Positions 40,319-52,900 of a stretch of 64,000 bases of DNA are shown here, in pieces; positions within the stretch are counted from its first letter, which is position 1, and each line of letters begins with the position of its first letter. A program made the position numbers and the translations under genes. Source of the stretch: Neocallimastix sp. 'constans' (Eukaryota); NCBI GenBank assembly GCA_050613775.1, contig JBODTK010000123.1, forward strand, positions 248,001 through 312,000, in the 5' to 3' direction. A model generated the notes under the pieces. The model was not told the DNA's origin. It was given only the letters and a program-made list of their open reading frames with translations, and did not search any database.

Positions 40319-42619
40319 TCATTCTTCTTTATTTTCAATGATAATTGGAGGTTCAGAAGTTGAAATGATAGAACCTATTGGTGTTTGAGGGTTAGAAGGT
40401 TGACGTGGACGTTGACTTTGAAGTGAAGGACTATTGACTACAATACTAGTTCTTTTAACTTGGTTTGGTAAAATTTGAGGACTTATAATGGATTGTTGAA
40501 TTCTTGGACTAACCATTCCTTGAGGCATTACAATATTCATACCAGGATTTTGAATATAATTTGAATTTCTTAAAATTTTTGAGGATCGTTTCTGTTGCTG
40601 CGTTTGTTGTTGTGATGGTAGTTGTTGAAGGTTATAGGATGGATTAGAATTGGGTGAAAGTGGAGGAGAGGATATTATTGGTGGATTAACCCCATAAATG
40701 GGTGGAATACCGGTAGAGGGAATAGGAGAAGGTACAATAATACTTTGAGGCAGTAAAACGGGTGATATATTACTTTCTGTACTATAAGATTGCAATTTTG
40801 AAGTAGAATTAGTTGTTGCTCTCACTAAAACATTTATCCATGTCATCATTACTAAATGATTATCCGCTGAAAAATACGTAATTTTTTGATTAGCAGAATC
40901 AATTAAATTAAAGGTATATTTGGTTTTACCTTTATGAATATCTGGTTGAATAGAAAAGGTAATATTTAATTGAATAGTATGTTTTATATTTATTGGATGT
41001 TTTGGTTCCTTTAAGAAATAAAGCTTTTCTTTTGATAAGATGATCCATCTCTTTTTCCATTTAGAACTTTTATCAAATCGAGTCCAAAGCCATCCTTGAT
41101 AATCTGCCTGTTGAAACATGGGTTCAAACATCAAACTATTCTTTTTATTACTTGATTTAGAAAATGATAATTTTTTAAAGAAGCTAGTAATAGAACTAAT
41201 AGAAGATTTTGAAGTTTGACTTGGTGCATAATTGACTCTTTGTGAGGAACGATAATAATTAAAATTCGTATTGGTAAGAGGTAAATTGTCATGAGATACA
41301 ATAGAATTAATATGTGGACGCATACCTGCTGGACCACTAATTTGACGAGCAGAATTGATATATTCATTTCTTCTTTGATTATTTGACAATGCTGAAGAAA
41401 TAGATCTAGAATCATCATTAATAACTGAGCCTTCTTCTTCTTTAATAGTATACTTGCGATTATATAAACTATCATGTTGTTCCCATTGACGACTAGGTTC
41501 ATTTACAATACTCGTATTCATTTCTTTTCCTTGATTCAATTGAATATAACGCTCTTTTAAAGTAACAATTGAATTAAATAATTTTAAACGATCTTTCAAT
41601 TGACTAATACCTAATTCACGAAGGGTTGCTAAACTTTGATCTAATAACTTTATACCATTAATATTGTTATCTCTGAAAATTTGACTACAAGCACTAAAAC
41701 CTATATCTTCTAACCAATCAATAACATTATCAACAGACCACGAAGTTGGTGGTAGGACTTGGTATTCCTTCTGTCTATTAATAGCTGCATTTCCTATGGA
41801 AAGGTGAGGTGGCATTTGGTGAACAGAAGATTGAATTACTTGTGGACTAATATTAGCTATACCACTTGCACTACTCATACTCATTCTATTACTATAATAA
41901 CTTGGAGAACTAGCAGCACTATTTATTTCATGATCAATATAATTTATTTTTGGTGTATGTACATCAATTAATGATGGATGTGGAGAAGTATTTCCAGGAA
42001 CTTGCAAATTATAATTTGTAATAATGGATGAAGTATTAGTTCTTATTGATTCTCTACGACGTGATATGGAGTTATCTAATTCTTCAAATAATCCTTCAAT
42101 ATTAATTTGTTTAATATTTACAAAAGTAGTAAATTCAACAGGGAATAAACCAATAGCTTTGTTAACCGTTTTACCCTAAAATATTTTTATACAATATATA
42201 TTATATAATGATATTAATAATTTAAAAATAATTAAATTTTTTTTACAAATTTATATTTATTAATTATAATCTCAATTTTATTATTATTATTATGATTATA
42301 ATTATTATTAAAAATTTTCTAATTTTCATCATTATGAAAATTTATTTTTTAGTTTACTTTCCACCATCCATCTTTATGTTCATCATCTTTTTCTAATACA
42401 AGAATTGGATCACCACGTTTAAATGTGATTTCATCACATTCTTCCTATAAATATTAATATTTTTTATAAATATATTATATAAATATAACATTTCATATAA
42501 ATTTTAGAAATATATATATATATATACTTTTATTTTTTTTATCAACTTACAGCTTTAAAATCATATTTACCAAATACGACAAATGGAACAAAATTACGAT
42601 TTAAATTATTTCCTATCAT
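40319..42619 (-). CDS. BOI1-like: Boi1/Boi2/Pob1-like SH3-SAM-PH polarity scaffold; exons 42619-42551, 42444-42358, 42175-40319
   Basis: SH3 (YDFKA|EECDEITFKRGDPILV...DGWWK|GKT...GLFP), SAM (WSVDNVIDWL...NINGIKLL...LGI...RLKL) and PH (YQGWL...WKKRWIIL...WINVL) in the Boi domain order; introns in frame. Confidence 0.8.
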
Positions 42620-42916
42620 TTTTATTTTTATTTTATTTTTATCCTTTAATCTTTTTTAAAAAATTTTCTTTATATTTTTTTTTAATTTTATATTACAATT
42701 TTTATATATTTTTATTTACTATTTTTTTTTTATAATTTTTGTTTCGTTTTTCTTATTTTTTCATTTAATTTTCCCTTTTACTTATTCTTTATAATATATT
42801 TATTTTTAGTTAAATTAATTTAATTATTCGATTAACTATTTGTATTTTGGTTTGTTTTTCTTATTATTATTATATTGATAACATTATTACTTAAATTTTG
42901 TAGTATTGGTATACAC

Positions 42917-42951
<35 letters not shown>

Positions 42952-45431
42952 ATTATTATTAATTATAAAATTTCAAAAACAATATGAATAGTTTTATTAT
43001 AATTTTAAAAACAAATTAAATTATATTTTCTAAGGAATACTATAAACTTTTTTTTTTTTTTTTTTTTTTTTTAAACTGTTATATTATTATTATACATTAT
43101 AAATAAATAGCTTTTTTTTTTTAAAAAAAAAAAAAAAGAAATTGAATGATATTATAAAATTTAAGTTGAATTTTCCTTAAATTTTACTTTTTTTTTTTTT
43201 TAATATTAAAAAGTATAAATAAATACTCTAGATCTGATAGTATATCTTATAAATTAAAGGAATAAAATAAATATGCTTGAGAATTGACTATTAGCTTTCA
43301 ATCATAGTATATTTATAGCAATAATGAATCTTTTATTTAATTTTATTATATATATATAATATTATTTTTATTTTACTTATTTATTAGGTATATTATATAT
43401 ATTTCCTAAATTTATATTCTTTCATAAAATATGAAAATAATGAAAAATCTATATAAATATAAAAAAAAAATAAAATATAATATAATGGAACTATTTAATA
43501 TATAAATTTTAATTTTCTATATATGAGATGTTAGAATATAAAAATTTTATAAAATATAAATTAAAAATATATATTTATTAAAGAATATTTTATTTGATTT
43601 TAATTATCTTCTTAAAATTCATTTATTTTGATTATTATATTTTTTAAATAATTTCTCATAAAAAAGTTTCTATTCATTATTCCATAAAAAAAAAAAAAAA
43701 AAAGAAAAAAAAAAACCCTCTTTATATATTAAAATATCTATTATTTAAATATTTTTGTTTTAGAAAATATCAATATCTTTAAACAAAATTACTTTTATTC
43801 TTAATATTAATATATTTATATATATTGGATTAATATATATATATTCTTGTTTGTCTTTTTTTATTTATTCTTATTTTTAAATTATTTGAATAAATCGTAT
43901 GTTTACACTTATATTTTAAATACTTTCAATTAATATTTATTACTAAATTTTTACTTTTAAAATTAATTTTAATATAATCTATTAATGATCTTTTTTTAAA
44001 ATTATTTTGTATCAATAGTCATTTTTTGATTATTAATATTGTTGATTTTTCCGAGGCATAAATCTAAATTTTCAAAATAATATAACTTTTTATAATTAAA
44101 TTTTAATAAATATATATTATTTATTTACCATTTGAAATATTAACAGGTGTATAAATGATTATTCATTAAATTTATAAATAAAGTATAAAAAAAAATAAAA
44201 CAATTTTTTATATAAGTAAAATTTATAAATTATTATTTTTCATTATTAGTTGAAAGAATTAATTTCTACATTAAATTTACTCTTTCTTTTATTATATTAT
44301 TATTCAATATTCTATCTATTCTAATGATGAAAACATATTCAATAATAATATTCAAAAAATAATAATAAATATTATTAAAAGTGAAGAAAAGTTAAAAAAA
44401 AAAAAAAGTAATAAAAATAAAAATAAAAATAAAAATAAAAATCGAATATAATATCCAATAATTTATACATATGAATTATAAAAAAAACATTTTATATATT
44501 ATAAATATAAAGATATAATTTATTTTTATATATTAAATGATAAAAAATTTTAATTAAAATTAAAAAAAAAAAAATAAAAAAAATCAATTCTTCAAATACT
44601 TTTTTTTTTTTTTAAAGAAATCTTAAATAAATAAAAAATTATATAATATATTTAATATATGATTTTATATATTAAATAGGTTGTGTAATTTTTTTTATAT
44701 ATGCTCTAATAGATTATGATTAAAATTATATTTATTAAAGTTTCTCTTCGTATGAATGGTTAAATCTTATAAAAAAAAAAAAAATAAAAATGAATTTTTA
44801 TAAACATATTTCATACAAATTAAATAAAGTATATATTGTAATATATTATGTAATATATTACAAATAATATTTAATTTAAAAGCGTTGATTCCAATTTTTT
44901 TGTGTAACTCGAGTCTATAAAATTATTCCTAAAATTTTAATACATTTTTGTATATACTGCATAATATTATAATATATTAATAGTTGACATTAACCTTTTT
45001 TATTTTTTTTATTTTTTCTTAACTAAAAAAAAATTTTTTTTAATTTTCAAATCTTATACTTTAATTATCTTTATTTCTATTATTTAATAAAAAATATTTT
45101 ATTATACATTCATTTAAATACGCAGTATCTATTATATTTATAGCTAAATATATTTGAAGGAATAAACTTGTATGTGATAATAATCAACAAAAACTAAAAT
45201 AATGTGAGTATTGATATTTTATTTAAAATATATTTTTTAAATATATATTTCAGAAAATAATAAGATAATATAAAATAAAATGAATTTTAGAGTCATACTA
45301 ATAACAAATATAATAAAATATAAATATCCAATTAATACAGTTTCTAACAGTTGGCAAGTGTTATTTGAGACGATTTTAAACATAGCTAAATAAGTTTATT
45401 ACAAACCATAAACAACTCTTACAGTTACTAG

Positions 45432-46077
45432 ATGTTTGCAATTCAAAACATTTTGACAGCACTTCTTTTCATTATTTTTTATTTCCAATTAGTTGATACT
45501 CAACGCACTATGAGCAAAGAGGACGTATTGAAAATCAAGAACGAATATTACGTTAGCTTTTATTGCAAAAACGATATTTGCTTTGAAACGGATTTCATGT
45601 ACGAAGACGAAACTTGTTAATATTTCAGATGAGTATAGAAACATAACAACATATATTGCTGAAAAGTGTAAAGACGAAGATATACAAAATAATGATTGCC
45701 ACGTTATGGAGTGTAAAACCAATTCTGATTGTTTGTCCAATAAATGTGTAAATAAGAATTGTACCTATAATGAAGAGGATCCGATAATTCACTGCGATGA
45801 CATTTACACGCCTCCAAAATTTATTATAAAGGAGAGTTCGTATATGCATTGCGGTAAAACAATAGGATATTAACGCCAAGTTAACGACGAATGTTCCTCC
45901 AAAAAGTGTGACTACTATTGTGCACTACAACGTTTAGGGCCTCCTTATTTTGAAGGTACCATTAATTATGTTATTAACCTATTTATTATTTTATTCCCAT
46001 TTATTTTACTATTTGCATTTGCCATGGGATTGACCATTTGCTGTTGTCGTCCGTTCACATCGTTATCTGAAAAATAA
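45432..46077 (+). pseudogene. Cys-rich single-pass membrane/secreted protein pseudogene
   Basis: Signal peptide; frameshift near 45612; repeated CxxNxxCxSxxC motifs; premature TAA at 45871-45873, after which the frame continues to a TM segment LFIILFPFILLFAFAMGLTICCCR and a stop at 46077. Confidence 0.7.
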
Positions 46078-46611
46078 CAAACTATATATATATATATATT
46101 AATAATAAATAATAGAAAGGATCTAAAATAGTTAATAAACAATAAAATATAGGTAATAAACAATAAAATATAAGTAATAAATAATAAGTAATAAATAATA
46201 AATAATAAATAATAAATAATAAATAATAAATAATAAATAATAAATAATAAATAATAAATAATAAATAATAAATAATAAACATTATTTTATATAATTATAT
46301 AATTATATATACCATTTTATTATCCAGAAAATGATTTGTTATACTCGAAAATGATATAATTAATTATATTAATTATATCATTCAGAAAAATTTTTTGTTC
46401 TCAACGGAGCAATCAACAACCCGACGGATCTAACAAGATTCAAAGAAATTCTAATTTGCTTGAGGCAAGAAGGTTTACACAAATGGAACTGTTTTAAAAA
46501 TAATACAGAAATATTAATAAAAACTTGAAGGAAAATGATATAATAATATAATAAAAAAAATTCAAATCTTATAATAATAAATAATTACTTCTTCAAATGG
46601 AAGAAAAATTA

Positions 46612-46688
<77 letters not shown>

Positions 46689-47623
46689 CATATTTTATTA
46701 TAATAAATAATAAAATCAAATAATTAATATATTTATTGTGAAAAATTTATCTACATAAAAAAAATTCAGTATATATGTACATAAATAATTTTTTTTATTT
46801 AAAAAATGCTATGATGCTTTGATATTATTTATTAAAATTATATTTATTTTTATATTAAACTTTTTCTTAATATTTTTTTTTTTTATTTTTTTTTTTATTG
46901 TTTATAATTATTGTTATACTTTTAATTTTCATCATTCTGTTTATATTTTTTTTTAAGTATTAAGTAGCATTATATCATATGAAATATTATATAGTTATCC
47001 TAACTTTATTTTATTTTATTTTATTACATTCAATCTATATTTCATATATATATTTTAGCTATTTATATTATTTTATTTAATTTGTACTTTCATATCTATT
47101 ATTCATTTTATTTTTTTTTTTTATTGAATCAGAGAAAAAACAAAGTTTGATACAATAAAAAAAAAAAAAAATAGACTTGTTTTAATTTTTATCCTAAACT
47201 TTAATTATTAATATCTTTCATGAGATATAATTTAACCATAATTTTTATTTTTTTGTTAATCATTAAAAAAAAAAAAATTAAAATAATATATAATATATAT
47301 ATATATATTTACAGAAATTGATATTTAGATATGCAATTGTTGAATTTATTATAATAAATAGTAATAATATTTGTTGTCTTTATCGAATGTTACATTATCT
47401 TACCTTAAATCTAAGACATGAATTATGAAGGTAAGAAATACGAATGATCAAAATTAAGTTTGAAAGTTATAATTTGCCATTGGCTTGCGTTAAGATTTCT
47501 AAAGAAAAATATTTTTATACTAAAATAAAAAAAAAATAATATTAAATAATATACATATATATATGCTTTCATGTAATTATAAAACTTTTATATTTTAATT
47601 ATTAAAATTATTAAATATTATAA

Positions 47624-48077
47624 AACAAAACAAAACATAGACTTGCACATATGGGTACCCATCTCCCATATGGCCATACAGTTATTAATTAACTGTAAGG
47701 TGATGAATTATTGGCATACTGTATCAGCTTCGCCGCTCTCAATCGTCGTTACACACTGCCCGGAGATGCATTCCTAACGTTCCTACATATATCTCTAATG
47801 ACCACGAGCATCAGAACGGAACCATTAACTCCTCCCTAGTGGGTGTAATCATTGGCGATTGGAAATTTTACAATCATCAAGGTCTATGCTTCAATTCAAA
47901 GCGTAGTATCAGGGTTGGGTGAAATAATCATTTGAGGGAAAGCCTTATGAACATCACGTGTGGTCTCATGATATCCCAGGATAGAAACCTCATCCGATTA
48001 TTTGGTGCCATGCCGAGGATTCGAACCCCGCCCTCTACAGTAACCTGTATCGTCCTAACCGACTGGACCAACATGGC
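47624..48077 (-). mobile_element. Full-length tRNA-derived SINE with (GTTTT)n tail and 15-bp TSD
   Basis: TSD TATTAAATATTATAA at 47609-47623 and 48078-48092. The element starts exactly at tRNA position 1, has a GC-richer structured body, a 3' stem-loop (catatggg...cccatatg) and the tail tatgttttgttttgtt. Confidence 0.85.
48003..48077 (-). tRNA. tRNA-like SINE head (non-decoding) with encoded CCA and intact Pol III boxes A and B
   Basis: GCCATGT TG GTCC AGTCGGTTA GGAC G ATACAG GTTA CTGTAG AGGG CGGGG TTCGAAT CCTCG GCATGGC A CCA. Acceptor, D and T stems pair; the anticodon loop is shortened, so no anticodon is assignable. Confidence 0.8.
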
Positions 48078-48324
48078 TATTAAATATTATAATTTTTTAA
48101 ATTAAAAGTTCTCAAATTATTTAATAAAACACTAATATTTTATAAATTTATACAATATAAAATGTTTATTTAAACAAATTTCATTAAATCTTTCAGTAAA
48201 TCTAAATATAATTTAAAAATTTATTTCAAGAGAGATTTATTGAAAAAGCTTTGTAATACTCTTTTAGGATAAAATTTTAATCTAAGTACAATAATAATTA
48301 ATTCATATCTAGTATTTTTTTTGT

Positions 48325-48520
48325 AAACATATATAGATACACACATAGTGGGTACACATATCCAATTAGTGCCCAATAATTATTACTGTAGGTGTGATGA
48401 TATTTAGCATACCAGTACAGCGTCGCCGCTCACAACACATCTTTACACGTCTGCCCGGTACTGAATTCCCTATGCATTCCTATATATATATCCATTAACC
48501 ATGAGCATACGAAATGGAAA
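48325..48520 (-). mobile_element. Diverged 5'-truncated copy of the SINE 3' half
   Basis: Collinear blocks shared with 47636-47825: gggtac, actgta, gtgatga, gcatac, tcgccgctc, ttacac, ctgcccgg, ttccta, gagcat. Confidence 0.75.
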
Positions 48521-48849
48521 TTATTTTGTTATTTTTAATAAAATATAGAGAAGTATTTTTATTTATAATAATATTAAATAGAATAATATTTTTATAAAAG
48601 AATTTTGTACTACTTAACATCTTTATTATATATATATATAAAATTATTAGTTTTACATTATTATTAAATTATAAATACTAATAAGTATATACTATATATA
48701 TATATTTTATTTATTTTTAAATGAAAAAAATATATATATATAATAAAATCAAAATTTTAATTTTTAATTTTTTTTAATTTGAAAATGATAATATTAAGTA
48801 TAATACATAGTAATGTTAATAATACTAATAATAAATTCTTTGGACTTTC

Positions 48850-48850
<1 letters not shown>

Positions 48851-48894
<44 letters not shown>

Positions 48895-49113
48895 GTAATA
48901 ATAGTAGCAATAATAATAATAATAATAATAGTAATAATAGTAGCAATAATAATAATAATAATAATAGTAATAATAGTAGCAATAATAATAATAATAATAA
49001 TAGTAATAATAGTAGCAATAATAATAATAATAATAATAGTAATAATAGTAGCAATAATAATAATAATAATAATAGTAATAATAGTAGCAATAATAATAAT
49101 AATAATAATAATA
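48851..49113 (+). repeat. Compound (AAT)n repeat with a 36-bp unit containing aatagtaataatagtagc
   Basis: Six visible units. Confidence 0.9.
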
Positions 49114-49719
49114 GTGAAAATATTTTTAATAATGAATTAATAAATATAAATTCATTTATTTACAATTATATACAATATTTTTTTAGTTTTTGAAAATCAA
49201 GTTTATATGTATATTTTATTATATTTTTTATTATTAAGTAAATTGTTATATTTTATTTTAATTAAATTCAGTTTGTAGGTTAATTTTTTAAGTAAATTGT
49301 TATATTTTATTTTAATTAAATTCAGTTTGTAGGTTAATTTTTATTTTATGTATTATACATCAAAGATATAAATTTTTTCAAATAATATTATATAATAATG
49401 TATATTGAATAAAACTAAATTAAATTTAATTAATAAATCATTTATTAAAATTTTTCAACTATTTAAATTCAATACATATTAATAATATCAATTATATAAA
49501 TATATATATATTTAATCTTCTTTTTATATTTAAATATTGTAGTCCAAGAGAAAAAAAATTTTTTTTTTTTATTGTCAGTTTATTTTTTTTTGTTTAGTCT
49601 TGTTGGAAAAGAATTGAATAAACGAAGAAAAAAAAATAAAAAAAGAAATCATAAATAATAAATAATTACTTAGATATAAATATTAATTATATATAATTAA
49701 TAATAATAATAAAATCAAA

Positions 49720-49952
49720 ATGGTTTCAATTCCAATTGTTATCAAATGGGCAGGAAAAAAAGTAATAATTAAAACAATGAAATAAAATAAAATAAAATAA
49801 AATAAAATAAAATAAAATAAAATAAAATAAAATAAAATAAAATAAAATAATTAATGGATTAAAAATTATTTCGTTATTTATATTAATAAAAAATGAATAT
49901 TTTAGAACTAGTTACTAATAAATATTTAATTAAATTACTAGATAATATTTAA

Positions 49953-49991
<39 letters not shown>

Positions 49992-52900
49992 ATAATAGTA
50001 ATATTAATTAATCAATTCAATCAAAATGAATTGCTGTTGATTATTGTTGATTTATTAAATAAATATCAACGTTATTTATATAATAAGAATAATAAAAATA
50101 AAAATAAAAATAAATAAATATTATTTATATTAAATATAAAAAAAAATAATAAAAAAATAGAATGATATTAACAAAATTATAATTTTTATTTTTGAAGGAA
50201 AATAATATTAGTTACATTGAAGTTTTAAAATTTTTATTGTATTGTATTATAAAATATATAAATTAAAAAATAAAATCAAACTTAAAAAGAATATGTAGTA
50301 AAAAAGGAAAAGAAAAGGAAGCAAAAAAGTTAAATAATAGTTTAATATATAACAAAATAAAACAAATACATTATAAAATCATTGATCATATAATATATTT
50401 AATAGAAGACCATAAGTCATTTAAAATTTCTTTTTTAATTTCAAGATTAAAACTTATTTAAAATTTAAAAATAATAGTTTTGAAATAATTTTAATTTATT
50501 ATTTATTTATTTATATTATTGATATTTTAGTATGACGTTGAAGTTGATGTCAGTCAACCTGCTGGTGTATTTAAACAAAAATTATATGAATTAACAGGTG
50601 TTCCAACTGAGTAAGAAATTGAATTATTACAGTAATTTTATTTCAAAAATATATACAATTTATTTAATAATTTTTTTAATATATAATAATTTTATTTTTT
50701 AAAAGTCGTCAAAAAGTTTTAATTAAAGGTGGAATGTTAAAAGATGATACTGACTTATCTACTTTAAAACTTAAACCTGTAAATATATATATATTGATAT
50801 CTATATATATATCTATATATTTTTTTCCCGTTTTAATTAAATATATTCTAATTTAACAATTCTATTGATTTAATTTCATTAATTTCTTTTCTTGTTAACA
50901 TAAATATCAAAATAGAAACAAATGATAATGGTAAAAATTATATTTAAATTTTGTTATATAAGATCAAAATCTCATTTGAATTTTTAACTTTTTATATAAT
51001 AATTATAGATGATGGGTACTGCTGGTGAACTTCCAAAGGAACCAGTAAAGAAAACTGTATTTGAAGAAGATATGACTGAAGAACAATTAGCTGAAGCTGT
51101 AAATTTTATTTTCATTTTTATATTTCTTAACACTGATAATATTTGCGCTTTTTATATGTTAAAAAGAAAATATTTATAATATAAATAATATTTCTGTTAT
51201 TGTAGAAAATGATATAATAATAATAATAATAACAATAATAATAATAAAAATTTTTATAATATAAATAATACAAATATATCTATATAAAATACATTTATTT
51301 TTTAAAGTACAAGGTTCCAAGTGGTTTAGTTAACCTCGGAAGTATGTTAAAAATGTTAAATATATATAAGAGTTAAAAATAAAAAAAAAAAAAAAAAAAA
51401 AATACGAAATGATTAATAAAATCGTATATAATTCATACTACATAATTAATATAAATAGATACTTGTTATATGAATGCTACTTTACAATGTATGCGTGCAA
51501 TTCCAGAACTTCAAGAACAATTAAATACGTAAAATATCAACATTTCTTATTTATTATTTCAAATAAAATACAATATAAAAAAATGAAAATTCAAATTAAA
51601 TAATTTGTGCCTCATAAAAAAAAAATATTGATTAGTATTAATTTTTCTTAACAATATTTTATTCTAAAGTATTACTGATTCAATTGGTACTGATGCCCAT
51701 AAAAATCTTGCTATTTCTCTTCGTGATTTATATCAAAAATTATCCAATTCATCCAATGCTTTTACTCCATTAGTTTTTCTTCAAGTAGATTATTACATTA
51801 AAAAAAAAAAAAATAAAAATAAAAAAATAAAATAATATACATAAATGTATATTTACCTTTATTTTAAATATTTATAAATAGACTTTAAGAGCTGCTTTTC
51901 CACAATTTGCTGAAAGAGGTGCTCATGGATTTTTACAACAAGATGCAGAAGAATGCTGGGGTCAATTAGTTACAAGTCTTAAAGATTGTACTCCAGGTAG
52001 AACAATTGAAGGCCAAACTGATTCTTCAAAATCATTCGTTGATCAATTTTTAAAAGGAGAATTTACTTCTGAGTATATATCATTTTATTTATTTCAGAAA
52101 ATTTTAATTATAATAAATAAATTAATAATTAATAAAAATAAATTAAAATATTATAGAATTGTTTGTGATGAAGATCCAGAAGATAAAACTACAACAACTG
52201 AATCTTTCTTAAAATTGCCAGTTAATATTTCAAGTGGAAGTATGTATCATAAAAATATAAAATAATAGATAAATAAATAAATAAATAGTAATAATAAATA
52301 ATAAATAATAAATAATAAATAATAAATAATAAATAATAAATAATAAATAATAAATAATAAATAATAAATAATAAATAATAATAAATAATAAATAATAAAT
52401 AATAAATAATAAATAATAAATAATAAATAATAAATAATAAATAATAAATAATAAATAATAAATGATAAATAATAAATGATAAATAATAAATAATAAATAA
52501 ATAATAATAATAATAATAATAGTAATAATAGTAATAATAGTAATAACAATAATAATAACAACAATAATAATAAAACTATACATATTAATTATAAATATTT
52601 ATTATAAATTAATACTAATGTCATTATAAATTGTTAATTAATATATATTTATTTATTTTTTTTAATGTCATTATATACAGTTTCAACTTATATGCTATCT
52701 GAAATTGAAAATGTATATTTAATAATTTAATAATATAATTTTTATTATAATATAATTTAATATTATTTATTTTTTAAAACAAATATATATTTTATTTTTA
52801 ATATATATTTTTCATCATTAATTTATAATAATATGAATATTTGCATATATATATATATAATTAAATATTTTGAATTATTAAAAAAAAAAAAAGAGTTTAA

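Noticed and set aside
46380..46530. GC-richer patch, possibly a retroelement or gene fragment
   Set aside because: No frame gave a recognisable motif; too short to call.
48003..48077. Functional tRNA gene
   Set aside because: The anticodon loop cannot form the canonical 7 nt, there is no T-run terminator after the tRNA, and it lies within a TSD-bounded element.
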